Shown in pieces: positions 16,779-25,312 of a stretch of DNA of 62,275 nucleotides (position 1 is the first letter of the stretch; each line of letters begins with the position of its first letter). The notes beneath the pieces are model-generated. The model ran no database searches. It saw only the letters and a list, made by a program, of their open reading frames with translations, and had not been told where the DNA came from. Source of the stretch: a virus (lineage: Duplodnaviria > Caudoviricetes); IMG/VR virus record IMGVR_UViG_3300045738_000771, positions 1-62,275 of that record; one strand, 5' to 3'. The position numbers and the translations under genes were made by a program.

Positions 16779-18059
16779 TTAAAATGTTACCAGCGGTGAC
16801 GTGTCGCCATCGGACTCGTCTGCATCAGGATCTACCGACTCAGAGAACTCCATGACGCTGGTGTCCCAGTTGATATTGAAATGACTGTTGTAACTATCCC
16901 CGCTGGCATCCCGAACCTTAAGCGTGTGAATTTCCATTGCCTTTATCAATCGGAGGTCTTCGTTCTGATATAAACCTATCACCACATCGGGATTAATGAC
17001 CCACTCCTTGCCGTACCGAACTCCCCAAGCTTTCATCTTCACACCACGCTTACGCTCAGAGCCTGTCTCGTTGGCATCACCTTGCTGAGTAGAAACCACC
17101 CAAGGAATATCTGTACTTTCGGAGGAAACCTGTAACTCATTTACTACTGAAACAGTAGACTCCCACGAAGATTTCGACCCGCCCTCAAACCTATACCCGC
17201 CGTCTATGAAAACAATGTCGGGCTTGTAATCTAATACCAATGAAGTGACATCCGAGACACGCCTGACTAATCCCTTATCAGCCAATAAAATATCTCCGTC
17301 TAAGTCAGTCTCGACCTCGCACCGAAGCTCCCACTCTTTCTCTGCCTCATCACTAAGGTCACAATTTCGCAACTTTCCAAAATGAAGTTTATAAAGAGCA
17401 GCATCCAATCTACGAGCAATTCTAAAATTACTCATTTCAAGCGTGACGTATAGAACCCGCTTTCCCCTGTTCAAAGCGTTGGCTGCACAAAGAACTAAGA
17501 ACCAAGTCTTGCCGGTGTTCTGCATGGCCGTGACTACATTAAGCGACCCATTGACCCACCCCTGTATTGCTGCATCTAGAGTTTTCCAAGGTGTCGGAAC
17601 TCCAATTAAACCTCCCGCATCTTTGGTCTCCCGATACTTTTCGATTCTATCGAGTCCAGACTCACGATAACTAACCACATGAGCATGAGTACTAAAAGGA
17701 CGAAGATCTAAAGATGCCTCACCCAAAATCTTAAGGGCTTCATCGGGATCTCGTTCCCCAAGGAGATTAGCTGCTTCCGTAAGCCGAGATTCCAGTCTCT
17801 TTCCCAAGCTACGCTTGCGAACCAAATCGACAATATATTTAAGCGGCTCAGATTCCTCGGGAAGATCTATCCCAATGTTTTCCTCCACCATGCTGCAAGT
17901 CGGCCACTCTCCAGAGTCTTGCAAGTAATTAGAAATCCACTTGAACGCTGTGCGACTATCGTCAAATACAGCTTGGTCGGTCACGCCTACTTTAGTCAGT
18001 GACGAAAAGTCTTTTTCGTTAAGTATGCTGCGAATCAGTCTGGTGCCGAGAGTGTCCAT
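16779..18059 (-). CDS. dnaB: DnaB-like replicative helicase
   Basis: Walker A AMQNTGKT, TLEMS, VFIDG, STQ motifs. Confidence 0.85.
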   Translation of the reverse strand: MDTLGTRLIRSILNEKDFSSLTKVGVTDQAVFDDSRTAFKWISNYLQDSGEWPTCSMVEENIGIDLPEESEPLKYIVDLVRKRSLGKRLESRLTEAANLLGERDPDEALKILGEASLDLRPFSTHAHVVSYRESGLDRIEKYRETKDAGGLIGVPTPWKTLDAAIQGWVNGSLNVVTAMQNTGKTWFLVLCAANALNRGKRVLYVTLEMSNFRIARRLDAALYKLHFGKLRNCDLSDEAEKEWELRCEVETDLDGDILLADKGLVRRVSDVTSLVLDYKPDIVFIDGGYRFEGGSKSSWESTVSVVNELQVSSESTDIPWVVSTQQGDANETGSERKRGVKMKAWGVRYGKEWVINPDVVIGLYQNEDLRLIKAMEIHTLKVRDASGDSYNSHFNINWDTSVMEFSESVDPDADESDGDTSPLVTF

Positions 18060-18097
18060 ATTCGTCCTTTTGTCCTAATTTTCGATGCGCAAAAGCA

Positions 18098-18137
18098 GGG
18101 GTACAGGGGGCAAATGTGCCTAAAAGTGGTCTGGGGA
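18098..18137 (-). promoter_or_regulatory. intergenic motif class II, copy 2
   Basis: 32/40 identical to 5501-5540. Confidence 0.55.
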
Positions 18138-18147
18138 GTGCCCAAAA

Positions 18148-18729
18148 TCACAGTTTTTTGCGCTTTTCCGTTCTAAAGTTATGTCCTGCCACCTTTACTG
18201 GAAGCACCGCTTCCTCCAAAACAGCAGACAAAGCAGGGAAGCCTCGCTTTATTTCAGACAGGCTGACGTTGGTGGTAATAATCGTCGTTTTCTGCTCGTC
18301 GATTCTGCTGCGTATTAAATCCTCCGCAGAGAATTCCGTGTATGCTGGGTTCTTTCTTATCTGAAGTTCGTCGATGACCAAAAGTGGAACGCTTAACGCT
18401 CGCTGATAAACTGTGAATTCATCGTCAAACCTCGTCTCCTTTATTAAATGGTGCGGGATCTCCTTGGCAAGTATCCAAAAACCTATTATCCCATGAACCG
18501 CTGCCGCCTTAAGACATATCGAACCAATCGCACTCTTCCCCTGCGAATAATCCCCATGAAGCAATAAGCCACAGCAACTATCCACTCGCGACTTAATCGA
18601 AGCAAGGTATTCGCGAACGTGCTCCTTGTGCCCACAAGAGTCTGGGATATTTCCAAACTTTGCTTCCCAATGGACTCGGGGAATACTCATTCGTATCAAG
18701 TGCTTCTCTGTGATTTTACCATCCAACAT
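18148..18729 (-). CDS. dnaC: DnaC/IstB-like AAA+ helicase loader
   Basis: GLLLHGDYSQGKS, LLVIDEL, TIITTN; located between initiator and DnaB. Confidence 0.8.
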   Translation of the reverse strand: MLDGKITEKHLIRMSIPRVHWEAKFGNIPDSCGHKEHVREYLASIKSRVDSCCGLLLHGDYSQGKSAIGSICLKAAAVHGIIGFWILAKEIPHHLIKETRFDDEFTVYQRALSVPLLVIDELQIRKNPAYTEFSAEDLIRSRIDEQKTTIITTNVSLSEIKRGFPALSAVLEEAVLPVKVAGHNFRTEKRKKL

Positions 18730-19600
18730 CTGGGTCTGCCTCCGAAGCTTTCTTGTCATGTCTACGCGCTGTCGTTTCCTTAGTCTTAGGTTTAGGAATC
18801 CCGTCACTTGCAAACAATTGCAACTTCCCAAATAGAACCTTGCTCCCCAAAAAATTCAAACTGGGCTTGTCGCTTCCGCCAACTACGGCGTAAAGTTCGT
18901 CCCAATTGTCAAAGAGAAACCCTATGAGACTTGACGCCCTGTCCACGTCCCCACCGCACCAATCATAGAACCGCTTTACATAACTATTGGCTTGGGCTGT
19001 GGGAAGTCCCCACGGGCCTTCACTAACAGCATCTGGCGTATCTGAGTATGCGGCTCTATAGCGATTCTTAAATAAATCCATAAGAATTCGCCTATGAGTT
19101 CTGCCGACATCTATCCCTGTCTCCATGTCGCCCATTATTTCACGACCGATCTTCTTCTTGGTTTCAGGCGACAATTTTACTGGGACTCGTCCCCGCTTAC
19201 GTGCCCGAGCTTCCTCGGCCAAACTGCGAATTGTATCAGCGGTGGTCGGCTCCTCTCCACCTGAAGGATTCCCATCCACAAACCACTGCACCTCAGCGTC
19301 TGGGCAAACCCCAAGGTGATACAGGCGGTCTGACTTTCCCGCCTTCTTGATGCGAATCCAGCCACGCTTCACAAGATCGGACAGAATCCGCTTAACGGTC
19401 TCTGGTGGCTCGTTGGCCTGTTCTGCAATTGATTGCACATCCAAACCAGAAATAAGCTCACCGGACTTTTTATACGCCCGCGACGTGTGCGTGCGGTTCA
19501 GTGAAACGTCTGCACGTAAAAGCAGGTACACTCGCAAGGTACTGCTAGAGACCTTTTGTACAGGCTCTGAAAATATGAAGTCGGCTATGAATTTGTCCAT
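18716..19600 (-). CDS. putative replication initiator (N-terminal winged HTH)
   Basis: QSIAEQ...ETVKRILSDLVKRGWI wHTH; initiator-loader-helicase gene order. Confidence 0.6.
   Translation of the reverse strand: MDKFIADFIFSEPVQKVSSSTLRVYLLLRADVSLNRTHTSRAYKKSGELISGLDVQSIAEQANEPPETVKRILSDLVKRGWIRIKKAGKSDRLYHLGVCPDAEVQWFVDGNPSGGEEPTTADTIRSLAEEARARKRGRVPVKLSPETKKKIGREIMGDMETGIDVGRTHRRILMDLFKNRYRAAYSDTPDAVSEGPWGLPTAQANSYVKRFYDWCGGDVDRASSLIGFLFDNWDELYAVVGGSDKPSLNFLGSKVLFGKLQLFASDGIPKPKTKETTARRHDKKASEADPDVGW
18809..18822. repeat. dispersed palindrome TGCAA-ACAA-TTGCA (copy 6)
   Basis: read directly; inside the initiator CDS. Confidence 0.9.
19424..19437. repeat. dispersed palindrome TGCAA-TTGA-TTGCA (copy 7)
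   Basis: read directly; inside the initiator CDS. Confidence 0.9.
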
Positions 19601-19608
19601 AACCGGAA

Positions 19609-19637
19609 AGCATAGCTCACCAAAACTTCGGGGTCAA
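19609..19637 (-). promoter_or_regulatory. sigma70-like promoter TTGACC-N17-TATGCT, probably giving a leaderless initiator mRNA
   Basis: -10 box ends 8 nt before the ATG; no SD. Confidence 0.6.
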
Positions 19638-19644
19638 ATCGGGC

Positions 19645-20022
19645 CTATCTGACAATTGCGGTGACAAGTCTCAGGTTATAAAGTAGCCACTTGTTCCCAA
19701 CATTGGCTGATGAATCAATATAGAACTTGATATAGACAACTCGATCATCTGGCGTAAACGTCTCCGTATAATTTCCATCTGTAGAATACGACTCGTCAAC
19801 TAGGTCTCCCCCAGAGGTGTACACCAATAGATCCAAATCATCTGGGCCTGTCCCGTAATAACCTGAAATTTCATTGAGAGTAAAAGAGAGCGTATACTCT
19901 TCGCTCTTGAGAAGAAACAAAGTATCCATAGCGTAGCTGGTTGCATTGTCTTCAGCATAAATGCTGACAAATCCATCTGTGGCATAGACGTGTTGGTTGT
20001 CATTGGTGCTCCACATAGTCAC
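19645..20022 (-). CDS. hypothetical virion-associated protein
   Basis: last gene of the tail module; aromatic and beta-rich. Confidence 0.5.
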   Translation of the reverse strand: MTMWSTNDNQHVYATDGFVSIYAEDNATSYAMDTLFLLKSEEYTLSFTLNEISGYYGTGPDDLDLLVYTSGGDLVDESYSTDGNYTETFTPDDRVVYIKFYIDSSANVGNKWLLYNLRLVTAIVR

Positions 20023-22079
20023 ACCTCCATCCCGCAGGGATCACTCATCTCGTTGCAGCCGTCATAAGTTACTACTCCAATGTAGTCTGTGACAACACCA
20101 TCGTAGATAGTGTAAAAAGGCTCAACCTCTATTTGCATACTTACTGACGGCGAACTGTCATAACTCAGCGAGGCTGACGTAACTAAACCTGTGACATCCA
20201 GAGTCTCTCCCGAATTACGATCCTCATCGCCATAACTAAGAGGAATTCTAAAACTTACAACTTTATTCACGTCAATCGCGGGACTGTAAACTATGTCTAA
20301 CGAAAACGTCCTAGACCCCATACGAATCCGCTGAAACTTGCGAGTAGCTAACTCTAATGCTTGACCTTTAGACGTAACGAAAATGTTTTCTACCTGCTCC
20401 ATCGTGTCGCCAAACTCCATCTGTAACTCAGTGTCAACGAACTCGCACTCTAGGCGGGTCTCATCTGGCTCATTGACATTCTTGTTACTAGGCTTTTTCT
20501 CTTTCCCCCCACCGCCGCCACCGCCACCGCCACCTCCACCTCCACCTGATCTCGGATTTTTGAACTTAGCGGGTGGAAGTCCCCATTTTGGCGCGTTCTT
20601 TTTCAGCCCTCCCGGCAGAGCAGTCAACCGATGATATTCTCCCATATCCTGCACGTAATCTTTACCGCTATCACTTTCCTCGTTACCCGTCGAGTAATCT
20701 TCAGGATTGCCCCCTCCTGACAGAAACTGGGCAGTATCATCTACCATATCCTTGCTTTCTTGAATGTTATCGTCCATATCCTTGTTCTGAGAGGAGTCCC
20801 CCTCCCACTCATTACTATTCTGTCGTGTCCCCTTAATATCAACCTCTATCTCATGGTCTCCGTCACCAATCCAGAAGTTCTCTCCACCTGCGCCGTCATC
20901 TGAGGCCACCGTCACTTCGGTCTCAACATCTCGCTCATCATCTGTGTGTGGATGCGTACTATTAGGATCATCGTCATCTATCCGATACTCATAAGTAGTT
21001 CCTGTTGCGCCTGGATACTTGGTCGGATCATTAACATCTACATTGGCATTGTTTCTATTCTCATTACCAGCGCGCTGAATTTTCTGACAAAGATCGGCGT
21101 GCTGGTTATCCACCCCGTTCTTAACGCAAACGGTCTGCTTACCCCGCTGATTCGTAGGCGGATTACTGTTGCCTTTACCGCCACTTCCAGGCTGTTTCTT
21201 TTTGGACTCGTTCAAAGAGGTCTCGCCACAAACATCTATGACGCTCATCATGCGGCCTTGAATTTTTATGCGTGACGGCAATACAGAGACGCTTCTAGAC
21301 GTTGTAACTCCCAAAATAGCCTCGTGAGGAATAACTAGATCAACATCACTACGGACATCTTTCCAATTCTCCATAATGAGTCTTCCCGCAAGATCTACAA
21401 ACAACTCACAATAATTAGCCTCTGCCAAGAGACGCATCTTATCAATCAGGCTGTCGCCTTGAATCGCCTGCGTCCAAATGTAATTAGAACCATTAGCTAC
21501 CCCGTCACTACCGTAACCTGTAGCTGGCGCGCCCCCCCGCTTCTGACTGCCTACATCTGAAAGCTCATCCCATGCTGGTATCTGAGCAAAAATACTAATC
21601 AGTTCGTCGATGGCTGTCTCGCAGGTATCTGTTCCTAAGTTATTATACGGGGGCGAAGTAATGGGCACCTTTGATAATCGCCCAAAAAAAGAAACCAGCT
21701 TAAAGCTGGCAGTACCTTCCATCACCCCCCAACCTTCATCTACAGATTGAATCATCCCAAAACCATGAATCTGCTCCCCCGCAGCGGCTGGAAAATAATC
21801 CGCCTCATCGGCATCCACAGACACAGTACCTCCACCTGACTTTTGAATGGAACCTGTAAATGTGCCGCCTATTGTCGCAGGAGCATCGAGAACTACTCGT
21901 AGGGGCTGATACTTGTAGGTCTCAAACGTGTAAACATTGTCAGGATTGGCTAACTCTGCTGACGCATCGTAAGATCCGTTTAATTGTGCAGACACGCTCC
22001 AACTAAGAAGATCATTGTGTAATGATCTCGTCAATCCGGCTGGCGGACAAGTTGGCGCGGGTGTTGTTGTCGTTGGCAT
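20019..22079 (-). CDS. tail/baseplate hub-like protein with Thr/Pro N-terminus and poly-Gly linker
   Basis: position in the tail module; C-terminal hub-like pattern; low-complexity inserts. Confidence 0.5.
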   Translation of the reverse strand: MPTTTTPAPTCPPAGLTRSLHNDLLSWSVSAQLNGSYDASAELANPDNVYTFETYKYQPLRVVLDAPATIGGTFTGSIQKSGGGTVSVDADEADYFPAAAGEQIHGFGMIQSVDEGWGVMEGTASFKLVSFFGRLSKVPITSPPYNNLGTDTCETAIDELISIFAQIPAWDELSDVGSQKRGGAPATGYGSDGVANGSNYIWTQAIQGDSLIDKMRLLAEANYCELFVDLAGRLIMENWKDVRSDVDLVIPHEAILGVTTSRSVSVLPSRIKIQGRMMSVIDVCGETSLNESKKKQPGSGGKGNSNPPTNQRGKQTVCVKNGVDNQHADLCQKIQRAGNENRNNANVDVNDPTKYPGATGTTYEYRIDDDDPNSTHPHTDDERDVETEVTVASDDGAGGENFWIGDGDHEIEVDIKGTRQNSNEWEGDSSQNKDMDDNIQESKDMVDDTAQFLSGGGNPEDYSTGNEESDSGKDYVQDMGEYHRLTALPGGLKKNAPKWGLPPAKFKNPRSGGGGGGGGGGGGGGKEKKPSNKNVNEPDETRLECEFVDTELQMEFGDTMEQVENIFVTSKGQALELATRKFQRIRMGSRTFSLDIVYSPAIDVNKVVSFRIPLSYGDEDRNSGETLDVTGLVTSASLSYDSSPSVSMQIEVEPFYTIYDGVVTDYIGVVTYDGCNEMSDPCGMEV

Positions 22080-23889
22080 TGTCTTCTACCTTTAATAAAC
22101 CGACTGGCATCACACTGGTGTCCGAACCCCTCTGCCAGATCTGGTGAGTTAAGTACTTTCCTGCCTCCATAGTTTTCGCAGACTCCTCTAGGTCTGATCT
22201 GCGAGACAACCCTACTGATTCTAGCAAATTTTCAACTTTTACAGAATCCAAAGACGGCAATCCCCACTTTCCACTAGGATCGAATCGAATAAAAATCCAC
22301 TCGTAATGGGATAACTTACCCAATACAATCTCCAAACTAGCATCACTTTCCGCCGCAATTAAATCTACACAATCTGTGACAACCGCCACAGACGCACTAG
22401 GCCAATCATCTGAAAATTGCACATTATCTACACACAGTCTAGCTTGCTCAGACATAATACTGACTGCGTGAGCATCTGGCTCAACACCTACGGTGTCTAA
22501 ACCTAAGCGAAGAAAAGCATCTACCTGTTTCCCGTCAAATGCCCCGACTACCATTACTTTACCGCCACGATGAACTGAATCCGCAATTCTCAAAATTGCG
22601 TCCCCAAGAGCATACCATCCCCGTTCTTCTCCATTAACTCGGGAATACCCCCACCGATACTTGTACCAATAACCCTCAGACTCCGAGGTATCTACGCGAG
22701 CCTGCAAAAATTTGTCCCACAAGTCAGTCATGATCTCTTGGGAATATCTCATCTTTACTCGATGTACACCGCTTTCCCGAAGTACCACCTTGTCCACGGC
22801 TGACAAAGAATCTAACTCAAGGATCTTGTTAGCCATCCTATCTGCGCTGGGACATTCCCACAAAGCCGTCTGATCCTCTCGGGGGTCTACTATTACAGTG
22901 GAAGGTCTAACCAAACTAATGTGATTTTCTCCCAAAAGCTCCGGCATCGTCGTGCTGTCAGTAACAGCCTGAAGGCACCCTAAAGCTTGAGCCTCAATTG
23001 TGGGAATCCCAAACCCCTCGCCGCCACTGGTGGAAATTCGGACATCGCATACTTGATAAAGCTCCACAAGCTCATCAGTGGTCAATCCTGCATCCCAGTC
23101 AAATCCCGTATACAAAACATTGCCTTCGACACCGTACATCTTCTCCAGCTCAAATAGGTTGAAGCCCTTTGTGAATGGCTCATCTGTTTCAACCTGACAT
23201 TGAGTATGTGCAATCAGTTGCACTGGTCTGGAGTCGCCCACCATCTCAATGACTCTCCGCAAAGTGTCGTAAGTCGCATCCCATCTCTTATGCCAAATGT
23301 TTCGATCTAGGTTCAGGATGACTATCGCGTCATCCGGTATGGTTCGTCGCAGTCGTTTGCTCCACTCTTTTCTAGAAGCCGTTCTATGATCAGGAGTGAA
23401 CTTTTCTGGATCATACTTCCAGACTTCCAAATCTAAACCATGAGGAATAATAGAATCCGTCTTTATAAAGGGACTCCACAAATCCTTTCCGAACTGGGTC
23501 AAAGAGACAATGTGATTATCTGGGATCTCGTCGAAAATTCCCGTCATCTCAGGCTTGAGCGTACTTGCTTCCCAAGGTAGCCAAAAGAACATCGGGACAT
23601 TACTGACACATCTGAGATGAGAATAAAGACTTAGGTGGTAAGTAGTCCAAAAAACTATTACCGCATCTGGCTTGGCTCGGGAAAGTGCCTTATCTATAGC
23701 TGGCAAATCATCAAACTTTACGTTCCACTGAGATACACCTTCAGGTGGTTCAGGCTGATTAGGGAAAGATGAAGTCGCTAATACTATGACATCATATCCC
23801 TTATTCTTTAACCCCTCAGATAAAATTCTTGTCTGCTGTCCGAAGCCACTGGGATTACCCGTACTCTCACTTAAAATTGCTATTCTCAT
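22012..23889 (-). CDS. GT4-like glycosyltransferase with C-terminal methyltransferase-like domain
   Basis: SGFGQQ, IPHG, RN..HKRWD, GEGFGIPTIEAQA; C-terminal VMVVGAFDG...GVEP. Confidence 0.8.
   Translation of the reverse strand: MRIAILSESTGNPSGFGQQTRILSEGLKNKGYDVIVLATSSFPNQPEPPEGVSQWNVKFDDLPAIDKALSRAKPDAVIVFWTTYHLSLYSHLRCVSNVPMFFWLPWEASTLKPEMTGIFDEIPDNHIVSLTQFGKDLWSPFIKTDSIIPHGLDLEVWKYDPEKFTPDHRTASRKEWSKRLRRTIPDDAIVILNLDRNIWHKRWDATYDTLRRVIEMVGDSRPVQLIAHTQCQVETDEPFTKGFNLFELEKMYGVEGNVLYTGFDWDAGLTTDELVELYQVCDVRISTSGGEGFGIPTIEAQALGCLQAVTDSTTMPELLGENHISLVRPSTVIVDPREDQTALWECPSADRMANKILELDSLSAVDKVVLRESGVHRVKMRYSQEIMTDLWDKFLQARVDTSESEGYWYKYRWGYSRVNGEERGWYALGDAILRIADSVHRGGKVMVVGAFDGKQVDAFLRLGLDTVGVEPDAHAVSIMSEQARLCVDNVQFSDDWPSASVAVVTDCVDLIAAESDASLEIVLGKLSHYEWIFIRFDPSGKWGLPSLDSVKVENLLESVGLSRRSDLEESAKTMEAGKYLTHQIWQRGSDTSVMPVGLLKVEDNANDNNTRANLSASRIDEIITQ
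23209..23222. repeat. dispersed palindrome TGCAA-TCAG-TTGCA (copy 8)
   Basis: read directly; inside the GT CDS. Confidence 0.9.
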
Positions 23890-23891
23890 AC

Positions 23892-24185
23892 TTATACTCC
23901 TTTGTCCTTCCATCGACTTCCCGATGGATGTTTACAACCATACTCAGGTGTTTCTTCGTATCTAGCTAGATTAATTAGTGCCTTACTTCCCGAAAGCTTG
24001 CATCCACAAATCCCGCAATTCATATTCCCAAAATCATCGGTCTTAACTAAATCACAAGACCCGCAAATCTCGATTCGTTTTGCTAACCGATCCTCAGAAA
24101 CGTCCTTTCCGACAAGTATGGCTTTCGCCAAAGTAATAGCTTTAGATACTATTCCTTTTCTTTTATCATCCATAGTCTTACTCAA
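23892..24185 (-). CDS. small Cys-rich protein (R..IC.SC...C.ICGC...C...RW)
   Basis: metal-binding Cys pattern. Confidence 0.6.
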   Translation of the reverse strand: MSKTMDDKRKGIVSKAITLAKAILVGKDVSEDRLAKRIEICGSCDLVKTDDFGNMNCGICGCKLSGSKALINLARYEETPEYGCKHPSGSRWKDKGV

Positions 24186-25294
24186 TTCTTAATCAATGTT
24201 ACGCCGCGAAGACCGGAAAACTCGCTTTCCTCCGTAATTAAATCTTTGTAGTTTCCCGCAAATAACTCAAACTCCTTGCGGTCTGCGTCATCATCGTAAG
24301 CGTCCATACTTATTCTGTCGAATCCATCAGCAGTAAACTGATTTGGCGACTGATGAATCCCATTTTTTCCAATGTATAAAGTGCGATTGACGACAGGTGC
24401 TAATCTCTTCCAACCTTTCATAGAACAAGTCACCATCGTAGCCCCATCCTGACCTGTGGGCGGACTTTGAAAAAACTGACTTTGCTTAAATGCTTCATCT
24501 TTTCCAATAGCTGCAGGCGAATCTCCAAGAGTCGGAAAACCATCATGGCACAGAGATACGAACCAGTCTCGAATTGCTGCGTGTGGTCGGTACATATACT
24601 CTGCTGCGGTCAGATAATAATTCTCGAACTTATACAGCGTGTCCTTGATGCTGTCCCAACACTTCCGATGCTGCAAGTAAGCCCACCAATTCGTTGAAGT
24701 CACAGTAACTTTATCTAGGAGTTTTCTTTTGTCAGCACTTCCCATCACGCAAAAATTATGACCTTGGACTGTTCCTATGTCTGAATAAGTCGCCTCAGCC
24801 CAGTCCATTAAATTCATGCAATAACTAAAGTAGCTGGGCGAGATCAAGCAGTCGTCTTCTACAACAAAAACTCGGTCATAGCCCAGCACATCGAACAACT
24901 GCCTGCGGAGATCTATGAGGCTTCTCCCGCACCCAAAATTGACAGGTCTTTTCACTACTACGCAATCAGGGAGATAGTCGTGAAACATCTTCTCTTGCTC
25001 TGCGGTTACGTGCCCCTGCCTTGAGTCGGGGTGAGCGTCGAGAAACGCGAAGAAAGGCCATTTAAGGCACTCAGGATTGGCTGCAATGGACTTTAACGTC
25101 CTCTCCAAGTATTCGGGGCGTGTTGCCGCCGCAATGCCTACGGCCACATCTGAGGGCTTCAGCTTGGATTTGTCGATTAAGTCGGTAATCTTGTACCGAT
25201 ACTTTTCCCAATCCCGTTGAGCCTGAATCTTCTGCTTAAAATTTATAGTTTCTCGTCGTTTCCGTTTCTTCTCACTTGGTGTCATTGCCATCAA
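24182..25294 (-). CDS. GT-A fold glycosyltransferase
   Basis: RPEYLERTLKSI, F.D, NFGC, VVEDD (DxD-like), YIG..G.H. Confidence 0.75.
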   Translation of the reverse strand: MMAMTPSEKKRKRRETINFKQKIQAQRDWEKYRYKITDLIDKSKLKPSDVAVGIAAATRPEYLERTLKSIAANPECLKWPFFAFLDAHPDSRQGHVTAEQEKMFHDYLPDCVVVKRPVNFGCGRSLIDLRRQLFDVLGYDRVFVVEDDCLISPSYFSYCMNLMDWAEATYSDIGTVQGHNFCVMGSADKRKLLDKVTVTSTNWWAYLQHRKCWDSIKDTLYKFENYYLTAAEYMYRPHAAIRDWFVSLCHDGFPTLGDSPAAIGKDEAFKQSQFFQSPPTGQDGATMVTCSMKGWKRLAPVVNRTLYIGKNGIHQSPNQFTADGFDRISMDAYDDDADRKEFELFAGNYKDLITEESEFSGLRGVTLIKN

Positions 25295-25312
25295 TAGTAC
25301 TCCTTTTTAATG

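Noticed and set aside
18716-19600. Iteron-type origin within the initiator gene
   Set aside because: No tandem direct repeats found by eye; only the two palindrome copies.
20506-20547. CCG/CCA run as a DNA repeat element
   Set aside because: It encodes a poly-Gly linker with mixed codons.
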